Assembly: GCA_030248215.1 (NCBI GenBank) | Contig: JASANG010003130.1 | Span: forward strand, 372,001-436,000 | DNA from: Enoplolaimus lenunculus | Lineage: Eukaryota | Length of the DNA stretch: 64,000 nt | Reading direction: 5' to 3' | Shown: positions 1 through 10,600 of the stretch, in pieces | Layout: each line of letters starts with the position of its first letter | Numbering within the stretch: position 1 is the stretch's first letter | Program-made: the position numbers and the translations under genes | Notes under the pieces: model-generated | Seen by the model: only the letters and a program-made list of their open reading frames with translations | Told to the model about the DNA's origin: nothing | Databases searched by the model: none

Positions 1-377
1 ATAAATTGGCCGTGAAGTTTTGCGTAGTTTAACAAAATTTATCTGTATCGCGCATTTCTCCTAATCGTTTGGCCCTATTTTGAAGGAAGAATTGCCGAAA
101 TTTTATAAATAATATGCGTAAAAATATAAAATAACACGTTACAGATTTTCCTGAAATTAACAATCATTTTAACTACCTAATTTCGCGTCAACTCCGGCTC
201 CGTAAAGTTTTGTTGACCTATCACTCCAGCTCCTTTATTTTTCACCTTCGGAGACATGACTTTAAGTCGACCACTGACTTTAGTCAATTGTGGTCCTATT
301 GGACTTAACCGGATTGAAATTTTGATAAATTGGCAGCCCCGGGAGGTGAGAATTGTCTCGTTTAAAGTTATACTACA

Positions 378-816
378 ACGTATTGACCCGAATAAGAGGG
401 GATAATAAGAGGGCGCCCCATTTTGAGTCCGAATCAATAAGAGTCCGTATCCCTCAAGAGTCCGTAACCGGATAGAGTCCCTAAACCCTAATTAGAGTCC
501 ATAAATGTGAATTAACCCTTATTATAGCCCATAAATGACTCCAGGACAAAATAATTTGAGTTCAAAACTTTAAAACGTACTTAGATTTTGAAAGTACATT
601 CCTAAGTATATCCTTGGATTATCGCTCAAGCTATTGACACAACACAAATAAATGTTTAATTCTACGGATAATTGCAGTACCGGGCATGTATAAGTAACGA
701 ATGCGGCGGATCGTGGGTTAAAAATAAATAACAGTCCGTAACCGAATAACAAGGGGGGTATCTTCTGGAAAGGCCAAATAAATATCAGTCCGCCCCTCTT
801 ATTCGGGTCACTACAG
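378..816 (+). mobile_element. Tc1/mariner (pogo/Tigger-like) MITE, family CTGTAGTGACCCGAATAAG
   Basis: TIR TGACCCGAATAAGAGGGG ... CCCCTCTTATTCGGGTCACTACAG followed by TA. Other copies at 997-1365 (inverted), 2997-3241, 57501-57780 and 63931-64000. Superfamily is inferred from the TA flanks. Confidence 0.75.
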
Positions 817-996
817 TAGAAGCTCAAAATTAAAACCGACGATACAGCGACTAATGAAAACCTCCAGCTTAAAGTCAAAACTACAATACATGCAGTAAAA
901 TCTTGACTTAGATTTAATTACAAAGGTCAGAGTAAGCGTGTAACCGAATTTTTGTGTTTGGTAATTGCAGGTATCCGTTATATTTAATGCTAAATA

Positions 997-1365
997 CTGT
1001 AGTGACCCGAATAAGAGGGGGGACTGATATTTATTATGGCATATTCAGAGGGTATTCCCCTGTTTTTCGGTAACGAACTGTTCTTTAATTTTAATCCGCC
1101 CTCCGGCGAAATTCGTAACTGATATATATTTGGCATTGCAATTAAAGGTTTGTCTTGTGTTAATAGCTTGAGCGATAAATGCAAGGTTATACTTATTACT
1201 TAGGAATGTATATTCAAAACTTAAGTGTTAACTTTAACGTTTTGAACTCAACTTTATTATGGACTCTAATCAGGGTTTATGGACTCTATCCGCTTACGGA
1301 GTCTTATTAGGGATGCGGACTCCTATTGATTTGGACTCAAAATGGGGACTCCACCTCTTGTTACC
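997..1365 (-). mobile_element. Inverted copy of the CTGTAGTGACCCG MITE
   Basis: ta|CTGTAGTGACCCGAATAAGAGGGG; the body is the reverse complement of 378-816. Confidence 0.75.
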
Positions 1366-1889
1366 ATTTTATAACAGTTTATTGCAAGGTTGGTTTTTAT
1401 TCGGAAAAATTTAATCGACCGGAAAAGACGGTTTCTTCCGTTTGTTTTACAAAAACGGAACAAAGGGAAAATCGAAAACCATGTGCTGTTTTCAAATATG
1501 CAAGAACGTTAATGGATGGCTTGCATGTGGAAAAAATGACATTGGCAGAATAAAATAACTATTTATTATGTATCAACATTTACTGTTTCAAAAAGGCCAG
1601 CTATATCGTAATTGCGAAACTGAGTGCGGACATTCTTTAAATAATAAATGTCCACATAGAGATTATTTTTATTGCATTGACGAACATTGTTTATACAGTT
1701 ACGCATTATGTTAATATTAAATTTAGAGTTGCGTGAACTCTCGGACTTTTTTGTTACAGTCTAACAGTTGTCGCCGGAAAGCGCTAAATAAGATAATTAT
1801 ATAACTTACCTTGTTATTTTGTTATTTTTGCACGTTATTTTTAGGACACGTACGAAAAATGGCAAAATATTTCGGCAGTATGTTTTTCA

Positions 1890-2114
1890 CGCGCCAGAAT
1901 TTAGGTAAAAAATTTAATTTTTCCGCAAAAATTTCAATTTTTGCCCCAACATGGAAATTTTTCCGCCAAAAGTTCAATTACCTCTCAAAACTTAAATTTT
2001 CCCGCCAAATTTGAATTTCGCGCCAAAATTTAAATTATCCCGCCTAAATTTGATTTTCACGCACAAATTTGAATTTACGGCCCAAATTTGAACATTACCG
2101 CCAAAATTTCAATT
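1890..2114 (+). repeat. Degenerate 19-20-bp tandem array (about CCGCCAAAATTTGAATTTT)
   Basis: About 11 consecutive units, e.g. cccgccaaatttgaattt, cgcgccaaaatttaaatt, ccgccaaaatttcaatt. Confidence 0.75.
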
Positions 2115-2996
2115 GAATTCATATCACTAGCAGGTCATTGCATCCCACACATCAATTTATAGAACCTGAGGGGCCTCGGAAATTGAAAGTTTGCCTCTAG
2201 CACTTACAGAGGTACTCGCGTTTGAGCACGAAGGTATATAAAAGAAACGTGAACATAAAATTTGACACCTTTGGAACTGTACTGTTGCCTGGTTCGCATT
2301 CGGCAAGACCGGCCTTGTCAAAGTAAGAAGCATTCCTTTCACAAGAACTCCAGAGGTTTAGCAAGGTCTTCATTTCGGGAGGGTATGAGAGTCAAACTAG
2401 GAATTCTTCTGAAAGCTGCAGTAAACATGCAATTTCTTGGTTTTTCCAGAAATTCAGGAGTAAATGTATCACCTATTTTTTTCAACTAATAGTAGATCCA
2501 ACGAGAGTACTTTGGCCTTGGCCTCCAAACAGGGTTCAACATCAAGATTTTGTATTGGTTTAGCGCTAAATGGCATGCGAAAAGACTCCCACATTTTTTT
2601 AAATTCTCTTATACTGAAGTTCAACAACTGAACTGAGAAAAAGACCTCGTGAAAAAGAAATCAGCATCGTTTCCTTGAGAGTCATGCTTATTGTTGCCCC
2701 AGAAACGCCGACATGGGGGCTGCAGCTGTCTGTAAAAAGCACCCGACGCCCAAGCACAAAATCAATTTCATAGATACACAGGAACCGAAAGTAAAATATT
2801 TTCAGTTTTATAAATACTAAAACATATATACTTTGGGTTTCTGGCTCGTTTCGCTCTCGAATTTTGTCACGTATATGGTGCTATTTATTAGCCAGGTGCG
2901 TAATTATTTCAAATATATTGGAGGGGCTCAATATCCTCGTTAAGTTGCGCTGTAAGAAGTGCTTCCAGACATAACTTAATAAAAGAAATGTGCTTA

Positions 2997-3241
2997 CTGT
3001 AGTGACCCAAATAAGAGAGGGGGGTAATAAGAGGGAGTCCCCATTTTGAGTCTTAATCAATAGGAGTCCGTATCCCTAATAAGAGTCCGTAAAGCGGACA
3101 GTGTGGCTAAACCCTAATTAGAGTCCATAAATGTCAATTATCTTTAATTGAAGCGCATTAATGACTGGTGGACCAAATAATCTTGAGTTCGAAAATTTTA
3201 AAGTGCATTTAAGTTTTGAAAGCAACCTTCCAAATTATAAC
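2997..3241 (+). mobile_element. Truncated copy of the CTGTAGTGACCCG MITE
   Basis: ta|CTGTAGTGACCCAAATAAG with a body homologous to 378-610. Confidence 0.7.
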
Positions 3242-4066
3242 TTTGGTTTCGCTTGCTTCGCTTGCGATATTTTCTTCAAATCGTGTTCACACGGCAAACA
3301 ATGGGATCTATTCCAGGTGCTCACCCTGTCAAAAATATATAGGACTTTAAACGAGCTGTAAAATCGGTGTCAGAGCCAACTAGGGAAGCGTGGTCAACCC
3401 CATATATCGCACACAAAAAATTGCGATCCGTCACTGCTAAAGGGTTTAAGGTTTAGTTTTAGGCGGAGACCCAAAACACGGACCTGGCAGGATGCGTCCC
3501 CAAACAACATTTCTCGGTACGCTACAATTTCCTTCAGTCCTGCACCCTGATGTGGTTTACGAGTCACCATTTCAATACCAAAAATACACGTATTTATCTA
3601 CGGTTTCGTTGAACATAACATTGCCGTTTCCACAAAATACACCATTCCAATAATTCTTTCAGGGTATGCTTTAGTCCTGTAGCTAGCTCACCTTGGTAGG
3701 GGGGCTAAAATTTTTTGGAACGGACATCCAAAAGGTTTTCAATGAGTTACACTCAAGGTTGAAAAGTTTTTAGAAACGGCCAAAATGTTTCTTGGCTACG
3801 GACCCGGGCTGCTTGTTTGATTGAAGCTGTGTTTATGAATCCGTACTGTTTGTGTGTACAATAAAATTTTTCTATCATGGTGTGTTCTCAACAATAAATA
3901 TGGTTTAAATTGTCATACAACATTATAAAACGTAGTACTTTTGTGTTGTATTTGTGTGTTGTTTATTCAGCAGGATTGTTGTACGTTTAGTTTTTACGTG
4001 TGATTTTTTTGTTTTGGAGCAAGCGATTCGCTTTTTAATTCAGAGTATTGTAATTTACCACATTTA

Positions 4067-4610
4067 GAGTGGCGCTATACTTGTGCGGCGCCGTCCGTCA
4101 CCGTGGGTCACCCTTGCGGCGCCGTCCATCACCCATACGGGGCGCCGTCCGTCACCCTGTCACCCATTCAGGGCGCCGTCCGTCACCCTGTCACCCAAAC
4201 GGGGCGCCGTCCGTCACCCATTCGGGGCGCCGTCGGTCACCCATACGGGGCGCCGTTGGTCACCCATACGGGGCGCCGTCCGTCACCCTGTCACCCATTC
4301 AGGGCGCCGTCCGTCACCCTGTCACCCAAACGGGGCGCCGTCCGTCACCCATTCGGGGCGCCGTCGGTCACCCATACGGGGCGCCGTTGGTCACCCATAC
4401 GGGGCGCCGTCCGTCACCCTGTCACCCATTCAGGGCGCCGTCCGTCACCCTGTCACCCAAACGGGGCGCCGTCCGTCACCCATTCGGGGCGCCGTCGGTC
4501 ACCCATACGGGGCGCCGTTGGTCACCCATACGGGGCGCCGTCCGTCACCCATACGGCGCCGTCCGTTTACCCATACTTCGCCGTCCGTCACCAATACGCC
4601 GCCGTCGGCA
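4067..4610 (+). repeat. GC-rich minisatellite with 131-bp higher-order repeat (x3) behind a Harbinger-like MITE end
   Basis: 23- and 31-bp monomers GGGGCGCCGTCCGTCACCC(TGTCACCC)ATAC. The 131-bp block starts at 4139, 4270 and 4401. It is preceded by tta|GAGTGGCGCTATACTTG. Confidence 0.9.
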
Positions 4611-7592
4611 TGCATTCAGAACTTTCCTGATTGGCGGGGTTCGGAAAGAAAATATAGTGAACGAACACCGGAGAGGGAAGCGCTCAGCAAGCCAAACGAA
4701 ATTGTCGTGACAATTATCAATGCAAATTTTTGGTTTTGTATCGATCCGGCAGGAAATCCGATCCCTGGGTCCCCATTCGATACGTCTTCGATAAAACTAA
4801 TTTCTGTATAGAGGTTGAACATGGAAAAAAGAGTTGCATCCCTGTGTCACCTTCATTTTGACTCATGGTTACAAAGACTGATCTTTTCCGTTATCCCCCT
4901 TCCAGCCCGCGTTTACCCAAAAATCGTTGGATTTAAAAAATTTTGCATATTTACGCTTCTTATGACCACCCCTGATCATCCAACGCCCAAATTTGAATTT
5001 CCATGCAGCTTGCGGAGCTGAGTTCTTTGGCTCGCTGCCAATGATTTGGGACGGCGCCAAATCAGTTATTCCAACCAAAGCTGTAACTTTTTGTTAGTAT
5101 TTCATACTTTTCATAAAAAATATAACTGATTTAACGGCCGCTTCGCTCACGAGGCTTCATTCTCACTTTTACCTTACGATTTTACCAAAGAATTCTCTGA
5201 TGGGAGAGGGGCGCTGCCCCGCCCCCCCCCCCGACTCTTCTCTGAATCAGTCCTTAATTGTCTATCGTTTATACGTTCAGGTTGTAAAACGCTAAAACAA
5301 GGGTGTGTCCAAGAGCTATAGTATCAATAAACGGGGTGAAACTACGGTGGAGAGCGCCGCCTATCGCTATCAGTGCCAGCGAATCGCCTTCCAAGCTCGC
5401 CAATTTTGGTAAACTAATTTTTTTCGTGGATCATCATAATGTTACAGCGTTGCGCAACATAAGATGCTCAAGCAGAAATATAAAATATTTCAGTCAACTC
5501 AACAAATTGCGATCAATAATATATACGTAATTTGTCAAAATACCAAATTTCTAATTTTCACAAAATTCAAAAACTTTGTGTTGAATCAGGATCGGATGGT
5601 GGCATGTAAACGGGCGCAGATGGATTGTGCTTTTTCACAAACGTGGATCAAATAGAAATTTAATATTTCACAAATAATTGACATTGTCGAAATCATTGCA
5701 TGTTGAATCTAATTGTATTTAGCTACCAAACGCTATTCTAAAACCGACAAACTGTGAACGTTGAATACAGCGTGAAATAGATGCAGCTTTTGGCGTTACA
5801 AAGACAGGGGGGCATCAGCGCCGCCATGCTTAGCGACCCTTACACCTCCAAATCAATCAGGGCAGCTGACACACAGCAATGGCACCCTCACACAGTATAA
5901 CTATAAAGATTTCAACATCAAACTTTTAATTTCTCCAAGTATAAATTTCTTTTGGTTTCTCGCTCGCTTTGTTCGCGAAATTTTCTTCCACTGTCCACTG
6001 ATTGTCATTATGCAGATGGACGGTACGACACGATTCACATTACTACGTAGTTTCATTATATTGTATGCGACCGGATTATCCGGATCTCAGCTGCAGTACA
6101 AATTCCTTTTGCAACCTTATTTATTATATGCACCATTTCTAATTGTAAGCTTAAATTTAAGCCTAAGTAAAATTCGAATATTCCAAAATTACAAATCTGG
6201 ACATTTTTGAGCAAACACTGGCTGGTAGATAGGATGACCGGAAAACCGTTTGCTAGTGATCTACCGATACTGACGAACAATGCCCATGAAGGCCGTCGCC
6301 AGCTCACTTTGCAATGTGGACTCAAACGGTCACTGTAGCATTTGGTACCTGTCGCTGGCGAACTTAAAGGGGCCGTCCAAACCATGCCACCCAACAGGAA
6401 TCAAAACGAAAATTTTCGACTTGAATATAGTTCTAAATTGCGCCTCGCTTCTCGCTCGCTTCACTCGTGCGCTGTTGTTCACTATTGTATATGAATTCTG
6501 AACGTTAATTTTTTCCAGAGGTTTTTTTGGATCTGTAGCCTGTTTGACGTGTGATACGTTTTAAAAATTTCGCCTGCGGCGCTATTTCACGGTCAACTTC
6601 AATACAAATTTAATATGAATGATTAATCTAGAAGGCGGATGTAAAGGTCAATTAGATTTATCGGATCGTTCCAACACTTAAATACGTTGTATTTAGATGA
6701 AATGCAAAGAATTTAGCTGGCTTCGAACTCGTTTTCGCGACGTCACACGCAACGTATCGAATATTTTTTTGCATTCAGGTTTCGTAGTCTATTCAGGTTT
6801 CGTAGTCTATGGCCCATTTCTCAAATGAGTATTACATAAATACCGAAAAGTAGGCGTAACTTATCAGTTCGCTCTGCTCGCGAGCAGCTTTTACTTCAGT
6901 AGTATTTATCTGTTGTGATTCTTGGTACTCTTGAAACTTTGGGATGCAGCTAACTAAACAAATAGCGCATCAACGGACAGTCATGAATCATATGCCGACC
7001 AGAAAACCAATATTCAGTGTGAAGATTTAGTACTGAAATTGCGTTTAGCTTCTCGCTCGCTTCGGTAGCGTTAATTTACAATATGATGCTCAAAAAAGTT
7101 AAACTATAGCCAGCGCCATTAATTCGTAGAAATTACCATTTTCACTGGCTTTAACCTATTTTGATAACATTTTAAAGTGATTAGGGTACACGCATTGTTT
7201 GCCAAGTTTGCGGGGTAGCGGAGGGGCTCTGGAACACTAGCGGCGGTCCTGAGGGGCGCCGAATATATATAATTGTGCAATAGTACACGAGCGAAACCAA
7301 CTAACAACCAAACGTCATTTCAGTACTAAATCTGTATACAAAATGTTGATTTTTGATTTTCTGTGGGGTCGTTTCATGGATGTCTTCTTGGATCGGCCAG
7401 CCGATTGGTGCAATTTTTCCAACGATATCGTTTTAACACACTTGATAGCTATAGTGTGAATTGATCTGTAATAGCATGGTTCTGAATGTGTCATAATTGT
7501 ATATGTAAATTTATTTTTGATCTACATTGGCTGCATAGCTCCTAGATAAATATTCACGATCGCCTGTTCGGTGTTGGCTTGATTCTAATGCT

Positions 7593-7600
7593 ATGAGCAA
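7593..7600 (+). CDS. SVOP: SVOP exon 1 coding part (MS + 2 nt)
   Basis: ATG AGC AA|GTAAGT is a strong donor, and its phase 2 matches the acceptor at 8360 (gives MSKFVKF). Not confirmed by transcript data. Confidence 0.6.
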
Positions 7601-10600
7601 GTAAGTTATAAAACAGTTACTAAAGTAGTTGTATTAACTGTGTGCGAGGCCGAAGACATAGACCCGTATTCGCCAAATGCGTATATCAGCTATCACCAGT
7701 TAGCGATACGTTTTCAAAACTGAAAATCTTATGCAATTGCAGATGTGAAATTTGGTACAGAAGTAGGGCAAATCAAATGATGCGAAAAACGTGAAATTCG
7801 AACGTCAAAATTTGTTGGTTCGAACGTTGCAAAACGTTCGCTAACTGGTGAGCGGTGATAGGTGTCGATTAGTTTCATTTGAGAGTAGGGGTGGGAAGGT
7901 ACCAGCTAAATGATTGATCTTATATATAAAACTTTGAAATTGGCCTCGAGATGACCCAAGACCGCATGAAAAGCTGGAAGATAGAAAAAATTGGCACTGT
8001 TTTGGTTTTTCTCACGGTGCAAAAGACTTGTCATAAGCTTTTTTATATTCTAGTAAGTCAATTGGTAATTCGCTTTCTTTTGTACACTTCGTTCAGAATG
8101 GGGGTTGCCCCGTAACCGATATATCGGTATCGGTGAAATTATGGTATTTGTATGGATATTTTGATCGCTTACCGATACCGATGCATCTACTCTTCAAGTC
8201 AGATCAATGAACAGCAGTTTGTCCTAGGCTAAACTGCCTATATACATACTCAGAATAGCAGATTGGCCTGCGACATATATATGCAACTGAAAACACGTTG
8301 CAAAAATAAGAAAACATAATTATGCACTTAATTAATATAGTTTTTGTATGCGATGTCAGATTTGTCAAATTTGTCAAAAATGCAACGGGAAAAGCTGATG
8401 AAGCAGACGATGGTGGCGCTGATAGCTCTTCTACAATTTCTTACGAACGAATCAAATCGAATCCTGCGCCTGCAAAATCGTATCAAGCAATCGAATCTGG
8501 CCAATCGTCCACGGATACCGCCGCCAACGGATTGGCCATCATTTCTGGCGGCACTGTAGACGGAGCACCAGCGGCAAGCTCAGGTTCGTCAACTACGGTA
8601 TCAAAACAGATTGTCGCTCGATAATTTGTAACGCACAAATTTGGTTCAGATGATTATGCGTAGGCTGTGGTTTAGTCTAAGGATTAGGTTTAGGCTTAGT
8701 CTAAGGGTTAGGCTTTGAATTCGTTTTCCAGGTCTGCAGCGGAAATTGATGGAAATCGTAAAACAACTCGAAGATGATTGTACAAAATGACAATTTTTGG
8801 GGCAGAAGATTATCCATGAGATACTTTTTGACGTTTGAAAAATAATTGCGTTCATCGTGTCACAATTTTCGCAATGCCTGTTGTGCGAAATTTGTGAAGT
8901 AATGTTTAGTGAATTTCATCAATTTGACAATTCGCCGCATACTATTGTGCTCTTAGGCTTAGGCTTAAGCTTAGGATTGCGCTTAGGATTATGATTAGAT
9001 TTATTTATAGGCTTTAGGACACGGTTGGGCGGCAAATTGTCGTAGATTCATGTGTGCGTATGACATGTTATTAATTGAACTAAGTCTTGAACGTAATTTT
9101 AGCTACATACACGTTGGACGAAGCGATTGAAGCTGTTGGATTTGGAAGGTTTCAAGTTAAACTGTCAATGATTACGGGTTTAGCTTGGGTAAGCTTGTAT
9201 AAAAATTAATTGAAATGAATTTTTTTGAAATTTACTACGTATTTTCGTCAAAATTGTTATTTTACTGGTCGTTGGATGTATCCCAGCGTTAATAATGCGG
9301 ACTTTTTTTGCTTTAAATTTGTTATCTTAGCGGTTTACCATGCTGCACCTATCATTAGCAGATGTGTCTTTATCGTATACTTCAGTAAAGCCCAATTCAT
9401 ATGTGCAAGTTTTTACAGTGAAAACGAGCAGCTAATAATTTTCGACGCAACAATACTTTCGCTTGCAAATTGCAGCTGCGAGTTAACGCTGCAAAAACTT
9501 GTATATCAGAATGGGGTTCACGGGAACATTTTGTGACGTTTATAACTGAATAATTGTATTCGGAGGCTATTAATAAACTTCAGTGTCAAATAGAAAATAG
9601 CAACAAGTTAACGTGCTGAATTAGTCGTTATATACGATTATTTGCAAATTTCAGATGGCTGATGCAATGGAAATGATGATATTAAGCATTTTATCGCCAG
9701 CTTTACATTGTGTTTGGGGTTTAAACAGTTGGAAACAAGCGTGGCTAACGACCGTAAGTGCTGTCAACAGCGTAGCCGAGGGGGGCAAGTGTCATCCCCC
9801 CCTTTGAAAGTTTTGTATTTACATGAGTGTTTAGACACGGTTTCAGTTGGCAACATAAGAAACCCCGCCTTCTAAATTGGTATGGAATGTAACAACTCCC
9901 GCTCTTTTCTGAAACCCTGGCTACGTTCATGAGTGTTTCTGTATATACCAGGGTGTAACCGGGTATTGGTTTCAATTTCCAGTTAAAATCTGTGTCGGTT
10001 TCCGTTTACGTTATATTAAAATAACGAAAATTCTGTTACGTTTACATTCAAAATTAGGTATAAATCACGTATAAAACTCGTAATTTTTTGTTACAGATAT
10101 GCTACAATTGTTTGAAATGAAATATAAATTACAAAATTTATCCAAAGTCTTACAAATTTCGATGCATGCGTCATTTTTCATTATTATTATTATTATTATT
10201 ATTGAAAAACCGGTGAATATATGCACACCTCAATTATTTTGGCAGAAAAATATATATTTTTGAAACTTTTATCTGTTTTCCGTTTCTGTTATTTTGATCA
10301 CTATTCTGCGTTGTTTACTCGTAAATACTACACTGATCACAAAATGAGTATTAATGAAATTAAATAAAATTTAATTATAGTCATTAAAGGTTAAAATTTG
10401 AATTCCGGTTCCGATTCCGAGTCGTATTAAATCCTGTTCCGGTTGTAACCTTGTTTCAGTGTGTAAAGTCCTGCTAGAAATGTAACCTAGAATCGTATTC
10501 TCATCAATGTGTATTGTATGCTAGCATCTATCACTAGTTGCTGATGATAGGTCATGAAATTAAGTCATGTAACTGGTGAATCAGCCAATAATGTTGGGCT

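Noticed and set aside
2130..2700. Coding-like stretch on the minus strand with frameshifts and stops (IREFKKMWESFRMP..., IGDTFTPEFLEKP...)
   Set aside because: No recognisable family or splice structure; would need BLASTX before calling a pseudogene or TE fragment.
4139..4531. CRISPR-like repeat array
   Set aside because: No unique spacers, no cas genes, eukaryotic context; it is a tandem higher-order repeat. The same applies to 19099-19475.
4069..4811. Three overlapping long ORFs (213, 242 and 175 aa)
   Set aside because: Artefact of a stop-free GC-rich repeat whose 131-bp period cycles through all frames; the peptides are permutations of each other.
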